DNA of 6,319 nt. Origin: Nanopusillaceae archaeon. Its GTDB lineage: Archaea > Nanobdellota > Nanobdellia > Nanobdellales > Nanobdellaceae. Below, one piece after another: positions 5,290-6,319 of the stretch. Position numbers and translations under genes: made by a program. How positions within the stretch are numbered: position 1 is the first letter of the stretch; each line of letters starts with the position of its first letter. The stretch spans positions 1 to 6,319 of the forward strand of contig JAWBIX010000024.1 in NCBI GenBank assembly GCA_038833255.1. Direction: 5' to 3'. The notes beneath the pieces were generated by a model that did no database searches, was not told the DNA's origin, and saw only the letters and a program-made list of their open reading frames with translations.

Positions 5290-5622
5290 ATGATGTGGAA
5301 ATGCGAAATTTGTGGTTTTATATACAAAGGAGAAAATCCTCCGGAAAAATGTCCAAAATGTGGAGCTATGAGAGAAAAGTTTAGAAAATTAAGTGAAGAG
5401 GAAGAAAAATTAATTGAAAGATCTCAACTAACAAATAGTTTGCATATACAAGCATTATTATTATTAGAAGATCTGTTAGATATTGCAGAAGCTGGAATAG
5501 AAGACAATTTGGATCCTGGATGTTATAAAATATTTCAAGAGGAGAAGAATTTTGCTATTGAAATGATACAAAAAATAAAGGCAGAATTAGAAACACACAT
5601 GAAAAAAGGAAAGTTTGGATGA
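5290..5622 (+). CDS. Rubredoxin-like zinc-ribbon protein with a C-terminal helical domain
   Basis: 110-aa ORF. WKCEICGFIYKGENPPEKCPKCGA is the rubredoxin/rubrerythrin-type knuckle pair (C5xxC8...C21xxC24). About 70 predicted helical residues follow, without an obvious ExxH diiron motif. Confidence 0.75.
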   Translation: MMWKCEICGFIYKGENPPEKCPKCGAMREKFRKLSEEEEKLIERSQLTNSLHIQALLLLEDLLDIAEAGIEDNLDPGCYKIFQEEKNFAIEMIQKIKAELETHMKKGKFG

Positions 5623-5887
5623 ATTAATTAAAAAAATAGAAGAAAGTATAGAATTTTATAATTTTACTAGAGGTTCTGAATCTCAAGCAAAGATATTAAA
5701 ACTAGATATAGCGAAAAAAGAAATTCATATAGAGTTTAAAGGAAGTTTTTGTCATACATGTGGTGTTAGAGACTGGATTGAAGATATGAAGTATATTTTT
5801 ATTAAAAATGGAATTAAATCAGAATTACTTGATATTGAAGAAAAATCTGAAGATACTTTGATTGGAAAATTTAAAATTTTTGTTTAA
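5615..5887 (+). CDS. Small CxxC protein (G-x-x-C-x-x-C after a beta-strand-like segment; weak NifU-C-terminal-like pattern), apparent TTG start
   Basis: 90-aa ORF in the +1 frame relative to 5290-5622, overlapping it by 8 nt. The only start codon near the 5' end is TTG (5615-5617), preceded by aggaaag, a weak SD-like sequence. The next in-frame ATG is codon 58. The motif is EIHIEFKGSFCHTCGVRDWIED. The start and the independence of this ORF are uncertain. Confidence 0.55.
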   Translation: MDELIKKIEESIEFYNFTRGSESQAKILKLDIAKKEIHIEFKGSFCHTCGVRDWIEDMKYIFIKNGIKSELLDIEEKSEDTLIGKFKIFV

Positions 5888-5895
5888 TTTAAGGT

Positions 5896-6153
5896 TTATC
5901 TAATTAATAATTTTTTCTTAATTATAATCGCTTTTATAATTGTTAAGAGAATAATACCTGAATTAATGGCGTATTTTATAATTTCTGAATGAAATTCAGG
6001 TAGTGGTAAATAAACGGAAATATTTGGCCAAAGAAAATAAATTAAAAGAATTAATATTATCGCGAAAATAACCGTTTTTATAATATACTTTATTATTTTT
6101 AAAACAATAAAAACAATTAAAAAAATTAATAAGATTATCAGAAATATTTCCAT
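5896..6153 (-). CDS. Small hydrophobic membrane protein (about 3 TM segments)
   Basis: 85-aa ORF that fills an otherwise empty gap. It has three I/L/F-rich segments separated by K-rich loops. TTTAAA (6176-6181) is centred 25.5 nt upstream of the ATG. An ORF of this size could still be an AT-composition artefact. Confidence 0.5.
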   Translation of the reverse strand: MEIFLIILLIFLIVFIVLKIIKYIIKTVIFAIILILLIYFLWPNISVYLPLPEFHSEIIKYAINSGIILLTIIKAIIIKKKLLIR

Positions 6154-6255
6154 TTATTTTATTAGATTTTAGTTGTTTAAAAAATTTCTTAGCTTATAAT
6201 ATGGTTTATTAACATCTAACCATCATTATTTATAAATGATATCCGATTATTTGAA

Positions 6256-6319
6256 ATGGCATATAATTCAAAAAGAAAAGAAGTCAAATATCGAGGCTTA
6301 TTACATACATTGCATTATA
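6256..6319 (+). CDS. Possible 5' end of a CDS running off the window (MAYNSKRKEVKYRGLLHTLHY...)
   Basis: ATG at 6256-6258 is open to the window end. tttataaa (6229-6236) is centred about 24 nt upstream. With only 21 codons visible, this is weak. Confidence 0.25.
   Translation, partial: MAYNSKRKEVKYRGLLHTLHY

Noticed and set aside
5601-5608. GAAAAAAG as a classic -1 programmed frameshift heptamer
   Set aside because: The zero-frame phasing (AAA AAA GGA) does not fit the X XXY YYZ pattern. The downstream ORF is in the +1 frame, not the -1 frame. Only a one-base deletion or a +1 event would fuse the ORFs, which is covered as a separate finding.
1-6319. CRISPR arrays, IS elements, rRNA genes or long tandem or inverted nucleotide repeats
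   Set aside because: I saw no regularly spaced direct repeats, transposase-like ORFs or further GC-rich structured-RNA islands. Apart from the tRNA, the only nucleotide-level repeats are the in-CDS heptad periodicity and one 17-mer pair.

Overview
This is a very AT-rich, tightly packed segment that looks archaeal. By eye only about a quarter of the bases are G+C (not computed), and my tally of the intergenic gaps gives over 90% coding. The single GC-rich island is an intact tRNA-Gln(CUG) at 86-158. Its A1:U72 first pair is typical of archaea, and its GC-rich stems in an AT-rich background suggest a thermophile. A Nanoarchaeota/DPANN-like or other reduced archaeal genome is my inference only.

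Plus-strand genes after the tRNA:
- 193-1263: an N-terminally anchored surface protein with an unbroken Tyr/Leu heptad stalk and a C-terminal Cys-His-Asp domain that resembles transglutaminase-like cysteine peptidases.
- 1289-2167 and 2171-2638: the alpha subunit of an ADP-forming acyl-CoA synthetase, cut into two same-frame ORFs by one TAA at a domain linker.
- 2677-3288: a 203-aa orphan protein.

The minus strand carries a four-gene string at 5239->3285. It encodes a Cys-rich membrane-anchored protein, a small zinc-ribbon protein, a single-domain KaiC-like RecA-superfamily ATPase, and an HTH protein joined to the ATPase by an ATGA overlap.

Divergent from that string are a rubredoxin-like zinc-ribbon protein (5290-5622) and an overlapping small CxxC protein with a TTG start (5615-5887). 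A small three-TM protein lies on the minus strand (5896-6153), and a possible truncated ORF starts at 6256.

I saw no rRNA, CRISPR array, transposase or integrase. The best candidates for something new are the KaiC-centred cassette, the split acyl-CoA synthetase, the stalked surface Cys-His-Asp protein, and the regular spacing of TATA-like hexamers about 25 nt before start codons, which suggests leaderless mRNAs. All functional calls come from motif recognition by eye. No database search was possible.
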